The notes under the pieces are model-generated. The model did no database searches. It had not been told where the DNA came from and saw only the letters and a program-made list of their open reading frames with translations. Positions 1 through 10,579 of a stretch of 64,000 bases of DNA are shown piece after piece. Source of the DNA: Myxococcota bacterium (GTDB taxonomy: Bacteria; Myxococcota_A; UBA796; CAJQPC01); the NCBI GenBank assembly GCA_036012755.1, contig DASCPX010000016.1:170599-234598 (forward strand), in the 5' to 3' direction. Every line of letters begins with the position of its first letter. The stretch's first letter is position 1. The translations under genes were made by a program, and so were the position numbers.

Positions 1-2
1 GG

Positions 3-779
3 CTCCTGGAGCTCGCCGAGGCCAACGCGCGGGATCGCTTTCGCCGAGAGGTGGACGAGGGACAGCGCCGCCACAAGACCCTGTCCGAGCTCGCGGACCT
101 CGTCGGCCTCGACGCTCCCCCGCACCGGATCGAGTGCGTCGACAACAGCAACATCCAGGGTCACGACCCTGTCGCCAGCTGTGTGGTCTTCCTCGACGGC
201 AGACCTGCCAAGAAGGAGTACCGCCACTACCGCATCAAGACGGTCATCGGGCCGGACGACTACGCCTCGATGAAGGAGGTGCTCACCCGCCGCTTCACCC
301 GAGCTGCCAGAGAGGGCCTGTTCCCCGATCTGTTGGTCGTCGACGGCGGAAGAGGACAGCTCGGAGTCGCGCTCGACGTGCTGTCCGAGCTCGGACTCGA
401 GGACCAGGCGGTGGTGGGCCTCGCCAAGCCCCGGGCCGAGCGCCTTCGAGGCGAGACCGACGCGGTCGACAAGATCCTGGTCCCCGGCGTCGACGAGCTC
501 GTCCGCCTGCCCGACAACAGCCCGGTGCTCAACCTGCTGCGCCACCTCCGCGACGAGTCCCACCGCTTCGCCATCGCGTTTCACCGTCGCTCACGGCGGG
601 TCTCTACGCTGAGGAGCAAGCTCGACGGCATCCCGGGTGTGGGCCCACGCCGCCGAAAGGCCCTGCTGACCCACTTCGGGAGCATGAAGAAGGTGGCCGC
701 CGCCAGCGCCGAGGAGATCGCCGGCTGCCCGGGCATCGGGCCCGCGCTTGCGGCGGAGATCAACAAGTCGCTGGCATGA
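3..779 (+). CDS. uvrC: Excinuclease ABC subunit C, C-terminal part (runs off the window's 5' edge)
   Basis: RIECVDNSNIQG, DDYASMKEVLTRRF, PDLLVVDGGRGQL, LRDESHRFAI and C-terminal HhH (LDGIPGVGPRRRKALL); frame is open from base 3. Confidence 0.97.
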   Translation, partial: LLELAEANARDRFRREVDEGQRRHKTLSELADLVGLDAPPHRIECVDNSNIQGHDPVASCVVFLDGRPAKKEYRHYRIKTVIGPDDYASMKEVLTRRFTRAAREGLFPDLLVVDGGRGQLGVALDVLSELGLEDQAVVGLAKPRAERLRGETDAVDKILVPGVDELVRLPDNSPVLNLLRHLRDESHRFAIAFHRRSRRVSTLRSKLDGIPGVGPRRRKALLTHFGSMKKVAAASAEEIAGCPGIGPALAAEINKSLA

Positions 780-839
780 GTCCAGATTCGGTCACCGTCC
801 GCGTTTGGTGGATCGGTGAGGCCCTTTCGGGCTCCCCGG

Positions 840-3581
840 CTAGCCGTCGCCGTCGAAGTGGTATGGGTCCTTCGCTGACAGGTCAGCGGCAGTGAGCTCC
901 CGGCAGCTGTTCAGCTCCCCCTTGTGGATGCACAGCTCGTGGCTCCCTTCGTCGTCCGGTAGCGGCACTTCGGCGGGGGCCTTGCCGTAGTCGGAACCGT
1001 CGAAGGTGATGCGAGCGTTCGCCGGGTCCGTCGTGACCATGACCCACTCGCCCTCGCGCACCACGGCGGTGCTCGACCCGTTGTCGACCGTGGCCGGAGC
1101 GTCTTCGGCGGCCTCCGGGGTGTCGTCACCGGACAAGGCCACCCAGGCGCCGCCCAGCAGCACGAGCGCGAGCACCACCGCTACGCCGAGCTTGCCCTTG
1201 GAGGGCGGGTCCTGTTCGATCGGCATCCTGCGAGCTGGGGTGCTCGGCAGGACCTTGGAGATGTCCTGGGTCGAGCGCGGCTTGGTCTGCTCAGCGCCCC
1301 ACTTTCCGCTCCCGAGCTCCTGTTCCCGCTTGCTGCTGTCCCTGCTGACGCCGACCTCGCCGAGCATCCAGTCACCACCCCGGTCGCGGCCGCCGAGGAT
1401 GCTGTTGACCTCGCCCGCTCCGAAGAGGATGTCGCTCGATGCCTCCTCCTGGAGCGGCTCCTCCGCGCGCTCCTTCGACGGCTGCTCGGGCTCGTCGACG
1501 ACCTGCCTGACGAAGGTCTTGCCGGGCTGTTGGACGATTGGCTTCTTGGGTGGAACGGCCGGCTCGATGGGGCCGTCGAAGTCCTCGGTCTCGTCGGTCG
1601 GCTCGAGCGGCCTGGTCTGCGCCGCTTTCTTCTGGGCCTTCTTGCGATCTGCCTCGACGCGGGCAGCTTCTTTCTTGCGGGCCTCGGCCTCGGCCTTCTT
1701 TCGGGCCTTCTCTCGAGCCTCTTCGGCCTTCTCTCGAGCGTCCTGGTCCGCTCTGCGGCGAGCTTCGGCCTTCGCGGCGCGGTGGGCATCCTCCTCGGCC
1801 CGCTTGCGCACGGCCTCCGCCTCCGCCTTCTTCCGGGCCTCTTCCTCCGCTCGACGCCGAGCCAGCGCTGCGGCGCGGGCGTGCGCGGCCTTCTTTCGAG
1901 CTTTCTCTTCGGCCTTCTTTCGAGCTTCGGCTTCCGTGGCGCGGCGGGCCTCCTCTGCCTTCCAGCGCTCCTCGGCCAGGCGAGCCGCTTCCTCCGCGGC
2001 ACGGCGAGCTTCTTCCGCCTTGTCCCGCTCCTCTTCGGCCTTGCGCTGGACCTCCTCGATACGGCAGGCCTCCTCTTCGGCGGCCTTGCGGGCGGCTTCG
2101 GCAGCCTGGCGCGCCTTCTTGCTGGCCTCCTTCTCCGCTGCGATGCGGGCCTCCTCCGCGCGCCCCCGGGCCTTCTCCGCCGCGCGACGTCCCTCGTCGG
2201 CCTTCCGCGCAGCTTCACCCTCGAGACGAGCGCGTTCCTCGGCCTCGCGGCGGGCCTCTTCGGCGGCGTGGCGCTCGGCCTCGCGCTGGCGCGCTTCCTC
2301 GGCGGCACGGGCCTCGTCCTCGGCCTTCCTGCGGGCGTCGACCGCGTCGCGACACATCTGCTCCAAACGCTCGCGTTCCTCGCTGAGCTCCTGCAGTTGC
2401 GCTTCGACGGCAACGTTGCGGGCTTCCTCGGTGGCCCGACGAGCATTGGCCTCCTCCTGCTCGCGACGCGCCTGCTCTTCGAGGCGCTGGCGAACCTCCT
2501 CCTCGACCCGACGGCGGGTCTCCTCCTCGACTTCCCTGCGAAGCTCGGCTTCGCGCTCGGCGGCGGCCACCTTGGCGGCGGCCTCGCGCTTCTCGGCCTC
2601 CAGACGAGCCTCGGCCTGCCGGATGGCCTCGGCGGCTTCGGCCTGAACCGCCACTTCTCGTTTGGCATCGTCTGCGCGACGGGCTTCGTCAGCGCGTCGA
2701 GCCTCCTCGAGGCGCCTTCGCTTCGACTCACGACGGGCGTCGTCCTCGTCCTGGCCCCGGGTGACCACCCGCGGGCTCCGGCCCAGCACGCTTGGCGCTG
2801 TGGTGGGGGCGGGGGGAGCGACCTCGACCACGCCGAGGCTGCGCAGCGCGCGCCCGACACCGACCTCCTCGAGCAGCTCGACGACCAAGGCGTCCGGATC
2901 CAGCTGCGAGGTGTGGAAGAGGGCGGACAGAGCCTGGACGAGCGCTCGAGCAGGGTGCAGCCGGAGGCGGGAACGCTCGCGCAGCATGCCGGTGAGCACG
3001 AGCATTGCGCGGCTGGCGTCGAGCCCCTCGAGCTCGACCGGCGCGACCATCTTGGGGGGCCACACCTCGCCCTGCAGGTAGCGCACGACGGCTCCGAGTA
3101 CTCTGCAGTCGGTCGCAGGCCCGATGTCGTCGCCGCCCGGCTCGGTCATCGCGGGGAAGTGCAACGCTGGCCGAATCCGCAGCACGCCGCCCTCGTCGAA
3201 GCCGATCCCCTCGGGGTGCAGGTGCCCGTGCCAGCTGCTCGTGTCATGGACACCGCGCAGGGCCTCGGCCACCAGGAGTACGATCGCGAAGGCAGCGGGG
3301 TCCTCGAGCGGACGCCGGAGCGCCGTGAGGGGGACCTTGAGGGCGGAACGGCTGACCACCCAGGCCTCGCCATCCTCGACTCCCCAGGTCAACTCCGCGA
3401 AGGGGCCCCCGCGGGGCAAGGACGCGGCCTCTGCCGCCAGCACTTCGGGGCCCAGGAAGATCTCTGCGGTGCCGCTGTCGCCTTCGGCGGACCAGCGCTG
3501 CACGTCGCGGCGAGAGGACTGCAGGCGGTTCGTCGGACGGAAGCCGGCGAAGGTCCGCGCCTGCGGGTTGGGAGCGGCCAT
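840..3581 (-). CDS. Membrane protein: N-terminal pseudokinase-like domain, long E/A/R/K coiled coil, single TM, C-terminal PEGA-like domain
   Basis: Degenerate catalytic loop HDTSSWHGHLHPEGIGF; about 370 aa charged helical repeat; TM LGVAVVLALVLLGGAWVAL; VTTDPANARITFDGSDYGKAP (PEGA-like). Confidence 0.7.
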   Translation of the reverse strand: MAAPNPQARTFAGFRPTNRLQSSRRDVQRWSAEGDSGTAEIFLGPEVLAAEAASLPRGGPFAELTWGVEDGEAWVVSRSALKVPLTALRRPLEDPAAFAIVLLVAEALRGVHDTSSWHGHLHPEGIGFDEGGVLRIRPALHFPAMTEPGGDDIGPATDCRVLGAVVRYLQGEVWPPKMVAPVELEGLDASRAMLVLTGMLRERSRLRLHPARALVQALSALFHTSQLDPDALVVELLEEVGVGRALRSLGVVEVAPPAPTTAPSVLGRSPRVVTRGQDEDDARRESKRRRLEEARRADEARRADDAKREVAVQAEAAEAIRQAEARLEAEKREAAAKVAAAEREAELRREVEEETRRRVEEEVRQRLEEQARREQEEANARRATEEARNVAVEAQLQELSEERERLEQMCRDAVDARRKAEDEARAAEEARQREAERHAAEEARREAEERARLEGEAARKADEGRRAAEKARGRAEEARIAAEKEASKKARQAAEAARKAAEEEACRIEEVQRKAEEERDKAEEARRAAEEAARLAEERWKAEEARRATEAEARKKAEEKARKKAAHARAAALARRRAEEEARKKAEAEAVRKRAEEDAHRAAKAEARRRADQDAREKAEEAREKARKKAEAEARKKEAARVEADRKKAQKKAAQTRPLEPTDETEDFDGPIEPAVPPKKPIVQQPGKTFVRQVVDEPEQPSKERAEEPLQEEASSDILFGAGEVNSILGGRDRGGDWMLGEVGVSRDSSKREQELGSGKWGAEQTKPRSTQDISKVLPSTPARRMPIEQDPPSKGKLGVAVVLALVLLGGAWVALSGDDTPEAAEDAPATVDNGSSTAVVREGEWVMVTTDPANARITFDGSDYGKAPAEVPLPDDEGSHELCIHKGELNSCRELTAADLSAKDPYHFDGDG

Positions 3582-3708
3582 CGGCGTCGAGCATAACCGG
3601 GCTCGAACCTCCGGTGAGCTTCCCGACGCCGAGCCTGTTGATCGGCGTCGATCCGGTGGTTAGCCCCGGAGGCCCCCGCCATGGCATTGGCGGGGCACGG
3701 AGAGAGCA

Positions 3709-6700
3709 ATGAACCGCGTCGAGGATGCCATCCAGAAGGGTCGCTGCGTCATCGCGTTTGGCGGCCGCACACTGGCTGAAGACAACGTGCTCGTGGAGCT
3801 TCGCCGGCGCAGCGGCATTCCAGCGGTCATGTTGGGCGGGGACGCCGTCCAGCCGGCTCAGGCCTTGAGCGCAGAGGCCATCGCGCCCGCGACCGCCAGC
3901 CAAGGCGGCATCCTTGTGCTGATCGAGCCGGACGCGGGCACCGACGGGCGAGCGCTCGAGAGCCTCGGCGGTCTGCTCAAGGCGGCCCCGAACAAGCCTC
4001 GCGTGCACATCGTGGCGCGCGCCTTCAACCCCTTCCTCCTTCCGATGTCGATGCGCCTGTTGAAGCTCGACCAGCACAAGGTCCGAGCGAAGGACTTCAT
4101 GGCGCGACTGCCCATGGTCGCCCCCGGGGGACCGGCCCCGGACAAGAAGAAGGCGAAGAAGCAGAAGAGCGGTCCTCGGGCGCCACGGATCGAATTCATC
4201 GGGCGTGAGGAGGAGCTGGCGGAGCTCGCCCACGTCCTCTCCGAGCCTGGCCCGGTCGCGGTCGTCGGCCACCCGGGCGTCGGTCGTACCTGGCTCGTCG
4301 AGAAGGCACTGGAGGCCTCGGAGCTCCGACGCCTGCCCGACTTCCTGGTCGAGGACGGCTCCGGCTTCGACACCCTCGCGGCTCGCATCGCCGAGGCCAG
4401 CGGGGACGACGCGGTCAAGAAGCTGGTGCGGAGCGGCGAGCGCGCACCGATGGACGTGATCGAGGGGCTCACCGCCGCCATGGAGGGCGAGGCCTTCGAG
4501 AACACGGCGATGGTCTTCCGCAACCTGCGCTACTTGCAGCACCCGGACGGCTCCATCGCGCGGCGGGACCGGCTCAGCCTGTTTGTCATGGCGCTGTTGA
4601 GCCGCCCCACGCAGTGCCGGGTGGTGTTCGTGACGGATCGCAAGCCCGCGCTCTACGGAGACGGGCAGACAGCCGCGATCCGAGTCGTCGCGCTCGGTGG
4701 TCTGCGTGGAAAGGACCTCCATGCCATCTGGGAGGCCTACGGGGCCAGCGAGGTCGATCGCGCCAAGATGGGCCAGGTGTTCTCAACTACCGGCGGTCAC
4801 GCCCTCGCCAACCGCGCCTTCGCGATCGCCTGGGCGGGGAAGAAGGACGACGGGCTCATCGACGGGAAGAAGTTCCTGAAGCTGACCGAGCGCAACGTCG
4901 AGCCGCTCTCCCGCCACCTGATGCGGCGGGTCGAGAAGCTGCCCTCCAGTCTCTCTCGCGCCCTGGCTACGGCGGCGCACGCCAGCCTCCCCGTCAGCGG
5001 ACGAGAGCTCAGCGAGCTGGGTCTGAACCGGGAACGTCGCACCGAGCTGCTCGTCGCCGGCCTGCTGGACGCCCTGCCGGTCGGTGAGCCTCGCGAGTAC
5101 CGGGTCCACCCCCTCGTCAGGCGCACGATGCATCCCCGCGCCCTGTCCGACTTCGACACGCTCGAGGTCCTTGGCCGCTTGCAGCGCCAGCGCGCGGAGG
5201 CGGCCGAGGGTGTCGACGCCCTCGCCTGGCACCAGCGGGCCAACCGCACCCTGACCGCGGCCCGCCGGCGTCGGGGACTTCGGGATGTCGGCTACCCCGA
5301 CAACGACGGGGCGCTGGATTCCGTTCGCGGCATCCTCCGCAACCAGAAGAACCCGCGCTTCGACGTCGCGCTGCAGATCATCCGGCCCGTCCGTCGGAGC
5401 GCCCCTCGGGACCCCGAGGCCGCCTGCCTCGAGGCCTGGGTGCTGCACTACAACGACAAGACCGACGAGGCCGAGGCGGTCTTCGCCGACGCCCGGACCA
5501 ACGCAGCCACTCCAGAGGTCTTCCACACAGAGGCCAGCTGGCGCCTCGAGCGCCGACAGAAGGGTGATGTGCAGAAGGCAGCGGAGGCCCTGCAAGCGGG
5601 CACGGCGGTCTTCCCCGGCGACGGCACGCTCTGGCGTCGCCTCGGGGCGATCCAGCAGGTGGAGCTCAACCGCCAGAAGGACGCCGAGGCGTCGTTCCGC
5701 AAGTCCCTGGAGGTCGAGCCCGGAGCACCAGAGGCCTGGTCCCGCTTGGGCGAGGTCCTGCTGGCGCAGGGCCCGGACAGGCACGCCGACGCCGAGCAGG
5801 CGATCCGCTACGCCCTCGGGCTGGAGCCCGAGCGCCCGACCCATGGCTACCGCCTCGCGCGCTTGCTGCGCCGTCGCGCGCTGGTGGCAGAGGACGCAGA
5901 GACCCGCGCCGCGCTCAACGCCGAGGCAAAGGCCGGCCTGGAGAAGGCCGTCCAGGCCCATCCTCGCAACCCCGGCCCCTACCTGGAGCTGGCGGAGCTG
6001 CTGCTCGAGCTCGGGGAGTCCCTCGATCGCGCCGAGTGGTGTGCGCGCAAGGCCGCGAAGATCCGCAAGACGCCAGCAGGTCAGGTCCTGAAGGCGCGCA
6101 TCCTCGCCCGGACCGGTCGCACCGCAGAGGCAGAGGCCGCCATCCAGCGCCTCGCCGGCCAGAAGGGCAGCCAGCACCAGGCGCACGCTGCGCTATCGGA
6201 GCTGTTCTTCGCCCAGCGCAAGGTCTTCGCCGCGGATCAGGAGCTGCACAAGGCCATACAGCTGTGTCCCGAGAGCAGCCCGGCGTTTTCCCGCTACAAG
6301 CTCGAGAAGGCACGCCTCGAGCTCTTGATCTCCAGCGGCCAGGCCACGGAGATCGAGCGCCAGGCGGACCAGGAGCAGACGGCCATCGCTGATGCCGCTG
6401 CGGCCGAGGTCAAGACGACCCACGACCGCGGCACCGTGGTGCGCCGAAAGGGAAAGAAGGACAAGGGCGACGTCGTCGTCGGAGATCTCGGCAGCCAGAC
6501 CGTTCCCCTGAAGCAGGCCCAGGAGACCCCGGTGGAAGCCCAGGAGATCCCGGTCGAGGAGACCCCGGTGGAGGCCCAGGAGATCCCGGTCGAGGAGACC
6601 CCGGTGGAAGCCCAGGAGCCCCCGGTGGAGGAGACCCCGGTGGAGGAGACCCCGGTGGAAGCCCAGGAGACCCCCAAGACCGCGCCAGAGGCGCAGTCCG

Positions 6701-6738
6701 CGGAGCCCTCGGCGCCAGAGCCCGTCGAAGAGGCGTGA
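3709..6738 (+). CDS. STAND/NB-ARC-like P-loop protein with TPR repeats and acidic repeat tail (NTPase motifs degenerate)
   Basis: FIGREEEL, Walker A GHPGVGRT, VVFVTDR, GGHALA, YRVHPLVR; TPR-like helices (AEASFRKSLEVEPGAPEAWSRLGEVL). Confidence 0.75.
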   Translation: MNRVEDAIQKGRCVIAFGGRTLAEDNVLVELRRRSGIPAVMLGGDAVQPAQALSAEAIAPATASQGGILVLIEPDAGTDGRALESLGGLLKAAPNKPRVHIVARAFNPFLLPMSMRLLKLDQHKVRAKDFMARLPMVAPGGPAPDKKKAKKQKSGPRAPRIEFIGREEELAELAHVLSEPGPVAVVGHPGVGRTWLVEKALEASELRRLPDFLVEDGSGFDTLAARIAEASGDDAVKKLVRSGERAPMDVIEGLTAAMEGEAFENTAMVFRNLRYLQHPDGSIARRDRLSLFVMALLSRPTQCRVVFVTDRKPALYGDGQTAAIRVVALGGLRGKDLHAIWEAYGASEVDRAKMGQVFSTTGGHALANRAFAIAWAGKKDDGLIDGKKFLKLTERNVEPLSRHLMRRVEKLPSSLSRALATAAHASLPVSGRELSELGLNRERRTELLVAGLLDALPVGEPREYRVHPLVRRTMHPRALSDFDTLEVLGRLQRQRAEAAEGVDALAWHQRANRTLTAARRRRGLRDVGYPDNDGALDSVRGILRNQKNPRFDVALQIIRPVRRSAPRDPEAACLEAWVLHYNDKTDEAEAVFADARTNAATPEVFHTEASWRLERRQKGDVQKAAEALQAGTAVFPGDGTLWRRLGAIQQVELNRQKDAEASFRKSLEVEPGAPEAWSRLGEVLLAQGPDRHADAEQAIRYALGLEPERPTHGYRLARLLRRRALVAEDAETRAALNAEAKAGLEKAVQAHPRNPGPYLELAELLLELGESLDRAEWCARKAAKIRKTPAGQVLKARILARTGRTAEAEAAIQRLAGQKGSQHQAHAALSELFFAQRKVFAADQELHKAIQLCPESSPAFSRYKLEKARLELLISSGQATEIERQADQEQTAIADAAAAEVKTTHDRGTVVRRKGKKDKGDVVVGDLGSQTVPLKQAQETPVEAQEIPVEETPVEAQEIPVEETPVEAQEPPVEETPVEETPVEAQETPKTAPEAQSAEPSAPEPVEEA
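6517..6675 (+). repeat. Coding tandem repeat (AQE[T/I/P]PVE / ETPVE units) in the STAND-TPR C-terminus
   Basis: Repeated gcccaggag...ccggt(g/c)ga(a/g) units seen directly. Confidence 0.9.
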
Positions 6739-6885
6739 AGAGAGTGCGATCGGGCTGAAAGAAAGGAACCGCTCGTACGTCTACCGGTCGGAACCAGAGG
6801 TGCACATCTGCTGCACGAAGGTTCACCCGCGTTTCAACTCGATCCCGAGCCTGTCGCGGGTAGCTTGGAAGCACTGGGGACCTTG

Positions 6886-7989
6886 ATGCATCTCGTCCAC
6901 ACCTCGTCCACCTTCCTCCTCCTCGGACTCGCTTGGGTGATGGCCCTGTCCATCATCTTCCGGCCCTCCTGGCAGCTTCGTCCCTCGCTCACCCAGGCCC
7001 TCTTCGCCGGGGCATTGGCCGTCGAAGCAGCCCTCTGCATCGGTCTCTGGGAGATCGAGGCCTCTCCCGGACTGTCGACCTGGACCCCGATGCTGGTCCT
7101 CGCCGCGGGTGGCGCGATGGCCGTCGGCGCGCTCAGGCGTGGCCGAACCCCGGCCGAAGTCCGCTCGATCCGCCACTGGCGCGGGGGCATCGCCCTGTTC
7201 GCTGTCGGCGCCCTCGTGGCCAACTGGAAGCGGCTGGAGGCCCTCGAGTACCTCGGCCGCACCAGCCTCGAGCAGGACCTCATCGCCAACGCGACCGGGA
7301 TCGCGGGCTTCGCCGCCCTCGCCCTGATCGTCGTGGCCGCTGCACCCGTGATCGCCGTCCACCGTCAGCGCTGGCTCCGGCGTGCCGCCGTGCCGCTGGC
7401 GGCCGCGCTCATCCTGGGACTTCCCTTCCTCTTTGCTCCCGCGGCGCTGGCCATCGACGCTACCTGTGAGAGCTCGGTGGGCATCGAGAAGGCCTGGTGT
7501 CGGCGAAGCAGCTCCGGTCACGTCGTCGAGAGCTACGCCCTTCGCAGTGAGCTCTGGTATCCGGACGGCGGCGTCCTCACGAGCCAGTCCGCTCGCCTGG
7601 CTGGTCGAGTCCCCATCGACGAGGACACCTGGTACGAGGGCTTCGCCAAGGGTGACGGGACAGGACTCCGCGTCGGGAGCGCCCTGGCGATCGACGGCTA
7701 CGTGACGCCGGAGCGATTCACGACCAACCTCGTCAACGGCCTCGACGACATAGAGGACTGCTTCGTCCGGGCAGAGAAGCGCGGCGCCATCGAGCCGGGC
7801 ACCCACGAGCTCATGCTCCACGCCGAGTACTCCGAGCTCACCTCGGCCTATGTCGAGTCCGGCGACGCCGACCTCGACCTCTGCGTCGCCGACACTCGCT
7901 GGCTCTCCAACCTCGGCAAATCCGGGGCGACCGACGTGGCGGTGGAGCTCGTCTACCCGGGCCAGGGCACAGAGGTCGCCCAGCGCTGA
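6886..7989 (+). CDS. Hypothetical multi-pass membrane protein with soluble C-terminal domain
   Basis: About six hydrophobic segments, GC3-rich codons; start uncertain (TTG 6865 or ATG 6886). Confidence 0.65.
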   Translation: MHLVHTSSTFLLLGLAWVMALSIIFRPSWQLRPSLTQALFAGALAVEAALCIGLWEIEASPGLSTWTPMLVLAAGGAMAVGALRRGRTPAEVRSIRHWRGGIALFAVGALVANWKRLEALEYLGRTSLEQDLIANATGIAGFAALALIVVAAAPVIAVHRQRWLRRAAVPLAAALILGLPFLFAPAALAIDATCESSVGIEKAWCRRSSSGHVVESYALRSELWYPDGGVLTSQSARLAGRVPIDEDTWYEGFAKGDGTGLRVGSALAIDGYVTPERFTTNLVNGLDDIEDCFVRAEKRGAIEPGTHELMLHAEYSELTSAYVESGDADLDLCVADTRWLSNLGKSGATDVAVELVYPGQGTEVAQR

Positions 7990-8099
7990 CCCAGAGTCAG
8001 GGTGCGCGCATGTCCGATCCAGCCGGGCTCCTGCAGCGCGTCCCCGAGTTCGCCCGGGGCTGCGGCAGCTGGCCCGACACCCTGACGTAGGATCGCTCC

Positions 8100-10001
8100 G
8101 TGCTGTTGATCCTGCTCAGTTGCCTGACGGCGCCGGCTTCCTACCGGGCCCTCGTCCGCGACGTCATCGACGCCGACGGGGATGGCTTCTACGACGAGGA
8201 ACAGTGGGCTGGAGACGAGCACCTCGACGACCTCGACCTGCTCCCAGGGGATTGCAACGACGACGACCCGTTGGTGAACCCGGACGCGGAGGAGATCTGC
8301 GACGGCGTCGACAACGACTGCGATGGTGGGACCGACGAGGACCTCGAGGAGCTCGTCGGCTGGTACATCGACGATGACCGGGACGGCTTTGGCGACCCCG
8401 ACCAGCCCCTCGGGGCCTGCCCCTTCCCGGACAACGCGGTGGAGGACGACACGGACTGCGACGACGCCGACGCCGGTGTCTTCCCCGGCGCCGCAGAGGC
8501 CTGCAACGGCGTCGACGACGACTGCGACGGCGAGCCCGACGATGGCGCGATGATCACCTGGTACGAAGACCCGGACGCCGACGGCTACGGCTCCGGGACG
8601 GCGACGGAGACCTGCGACCCCGGCGAGGGCTACGCCCAGGAGCCCGGCGACTGCGACGAGTCGGACCCCGACATCAACCCTGGCGAGACCGAGGTCTGCA
8701 ACGACGGCATCGACAACGACTGCGACGAGACCACCGACTGCCGCTGGTCTGGGGTGGTGTCCGCCGAGACCCTCGACATTGTCTACGGGGAGGTCGACGG
8801 GGACTCATTCGGCGCCCGTCTGGCATTGGGTGACATCGACGGCGCAGCCGCCAACGACCTGCTGGTGAGTGCAGCTGACGCGTGGGTAGAGGGCGAGGAG
8901 CCAGGTAAGGTCTATCTCTTCAAGGATGGCTTGGCGGCCACCGCCACGGACGCCCACAGCATCTTCATCGGCCCCGAAGACCAAAGCGGATTCGGAGTTG
9001 GCGTCGACCTCTTCGATCTTGACGGAGACTCTCGCGATGAGGTGATCGTGGGTGGAGACCGCGCTGGCGGAACTGTTCACGTGTTCACGCGGCCGTGGAA
9101 CGAGCTGAGCGAGGCCTCGACTGCGACGACGGTGTTCACGCCGTCGGGCAGCTCGGGGCGGTTCGGACACGCCGTAGCTGGCTTCGTCGACATCGACGGA
9201 GCCGGGACACCTGGAATTGGTGTGGGCGCCATCTCCGCGTCCACCACGGGCGGGATCTATGCTGTCCCGTATCAGGGCAGCGGCGAGTTCGACCCCGTGA
9301 GCACGGGCACGCTCGTCCTGGGAGAGGGCGACGGCGACGAGCTCGGTGAGGTGGTCACCCGGGGAGATCTCGACGGCGACGGAGTTCCCGAGTTGTTGGC
9401 TTCAGCTCCCGGCTCTGATCGGGTCTCGGACGAAGGGGGAGCGGCCTACGTGTTCGAGCTTCCGCTGTCCTCGACCGACATCGGCGATGCACGGTCCGTC
9501 ATCGGAGGCGCCATCGAGAACGGCCGCCTCGAGGGCATCAACATCTCCGACCTGGACGACGACGGCGTAGACGACCTCTTCCTCGGCGCGCCGGCTACAG
9601 GCTGGGATCCGGCAGGGACCTTGTATGTCTTCACCGATCTGGAGTCAGGGGCTGTTTCGACGGCGACCGCGGACTTGAGGGTCGACGGAGAGACCGCCTA
9701 CGGCGGTTTCGGCTATCGGGGCCTCGTGCTCGACCTCGACAACACGGGCGGGCCGGATCTGGCTGTCGCTGCCTCTTTGGAGGGGGCTGTCTACCTGTTC
9801 TATGACGCAGCCGCGTCGGGCGTGCTCACCGCAAGCGATGCAGACGGCCATGTCGAGCTCACCTCGACGCAGAAGCTCCCGCTCGTCGCGACGCAGGCCT
9901 GGTCCCCCGACGGACAGACGCTGGTGTTTGGATGCAAGACCTGCGTGCTCGATTCCGCCAAGACCGGGGCTTTCCTCTGGCTGGATGCGTCAGGCCCGTG
10001 A
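8100..10001 (+). CDS. Lipoprotein with repeated putative metal-binding (MopE-like DCDD) motifs and FG-GAP/integrin-alpha-like repeats
   Basis: MLLILLSC; three GDCxDxDxxVxPxAxExCxGxDxDCD-type motifs; GDLDGDGVPELLASAP-type repeats. Confidence 0.85.
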   Translation: MLLILLSCLTAPASYRALVRDVIDADGDGFYDEEQWAGDEHLDDLDLLPGDCNDDDPLVNPDAEEICDGVDNDCDGGTDEDLEELVGWYIDDDRDGFGDPDQPLGACPFPDNAVEDDTDCDDADAGVFPGAAEACNGVDDDCDGEPDDGAMITWYEDPDADGYGSGTATETCDPGEGYAQEPGDCDESDPDINPGETEVCNDGIDNDCDETTDCRWSGVVSAETLDIVYGEVDGDSFGARLALGDIDGAAANDLLVSAADAWVEGEEPGKVYLFKDGLAATATDAHSIFIGPEDQSGFGVGVDLFDLDGDSRDEVIVGGDRAGGTVHVFTRPWNELSEASTATTVFTPSGSSGRFGHAVAGFVDIDGAGTPGIGVGAISASTTGGIYAVPYQGSGEFDPVSTGTLVLGEGDGDELGEVVTRGDLDGDGVPELLASAPGSDRVSDEGGAAYVFELPLSSTDIGDARSVIGGAIENGRLEGINISDLDDDGVDDLFLGAPATGWDPAGTLYVFTDLESGAVSTATADLRVDGETAYGGFGYRGLVLDLDNTGGPDLAVAASLEGAVYLFYDAAASGVLTASDADGHVELTSTQKLPLVATQAWSPDGQTLVFGCKTCVLDSAKTGAFLWLDASGP

Positions 10002-10579
10002 GGCTACTGGCGCTGGCCTGCCACCCGACGTCCGACGCTGAGCTCATCGCAGAGTCCATCGCAGAGCTCACGGCAGGCCGTCCGAAAGCCGCCGCGGCCA
10101 TCTGCCTTCAGGTTTCGCAAACCCAGGCAGCGGCAGAGTGCGCGTGGAGCGTGGCCGCTGTCGTTGCCGAGAGCGATCCGGCAGCAGCCACAGCAATCTG
10201 CCGGACTCTCTCCGGGGCACACGCCGACGAGTGCGCATTCGTAGTGGCAGAGGCATCGCAAGACCCTGAGCTCTGCTCGGGCACCGGTGGACTCGAGGTG
10301 AAGTGCCAGCTCCACTTCTACAGGGACGGGCTGAGCGCATGGGTGCCTCCGGACGCCCGCGTCGGCCAGGTTGATGGGCTTGCGCAGGAACACATGACTG
10401 CGTTGGGGCTAGCGGTGGAGACCGAGGCCGCCTGGTTCAGGACCTACCGGTACGTCCTCGCCCACACGGCAGAAGACACCACCACCGAAGAATGTCAGAC
10501 GCTTGGACCGATTCGCGCAAGGGCGTGTGAGCGAGCTCTGGAGATGGACCAGGCGCGCCCTGGCACGCACCGCCCCTAG
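9998..10579 (+). CDS. Hypothetical Cys-rich helical lipoprotein
   Basis: GTG start overlaps the upstream stop (GTGA); MRLLALAC; periodic A..IC...ECA motifs. Confidence 0.6.
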   Translation: MRLLALACHPTSDAELIAESIAELTAGRPKAAAAICLQVSQTQAAAECAWSVAAVVAESDPAAATAICRTLSGAHADECAFVVAEASQDPELCSGTGGLEVKCQLHFYRDGLSAWVPPDARVGQVDGLAQEHMTALGLAVETEAAWFRTYRYVLAHTAEDTTTEECQTLGPIRARACERALEMDQARPGTHRP

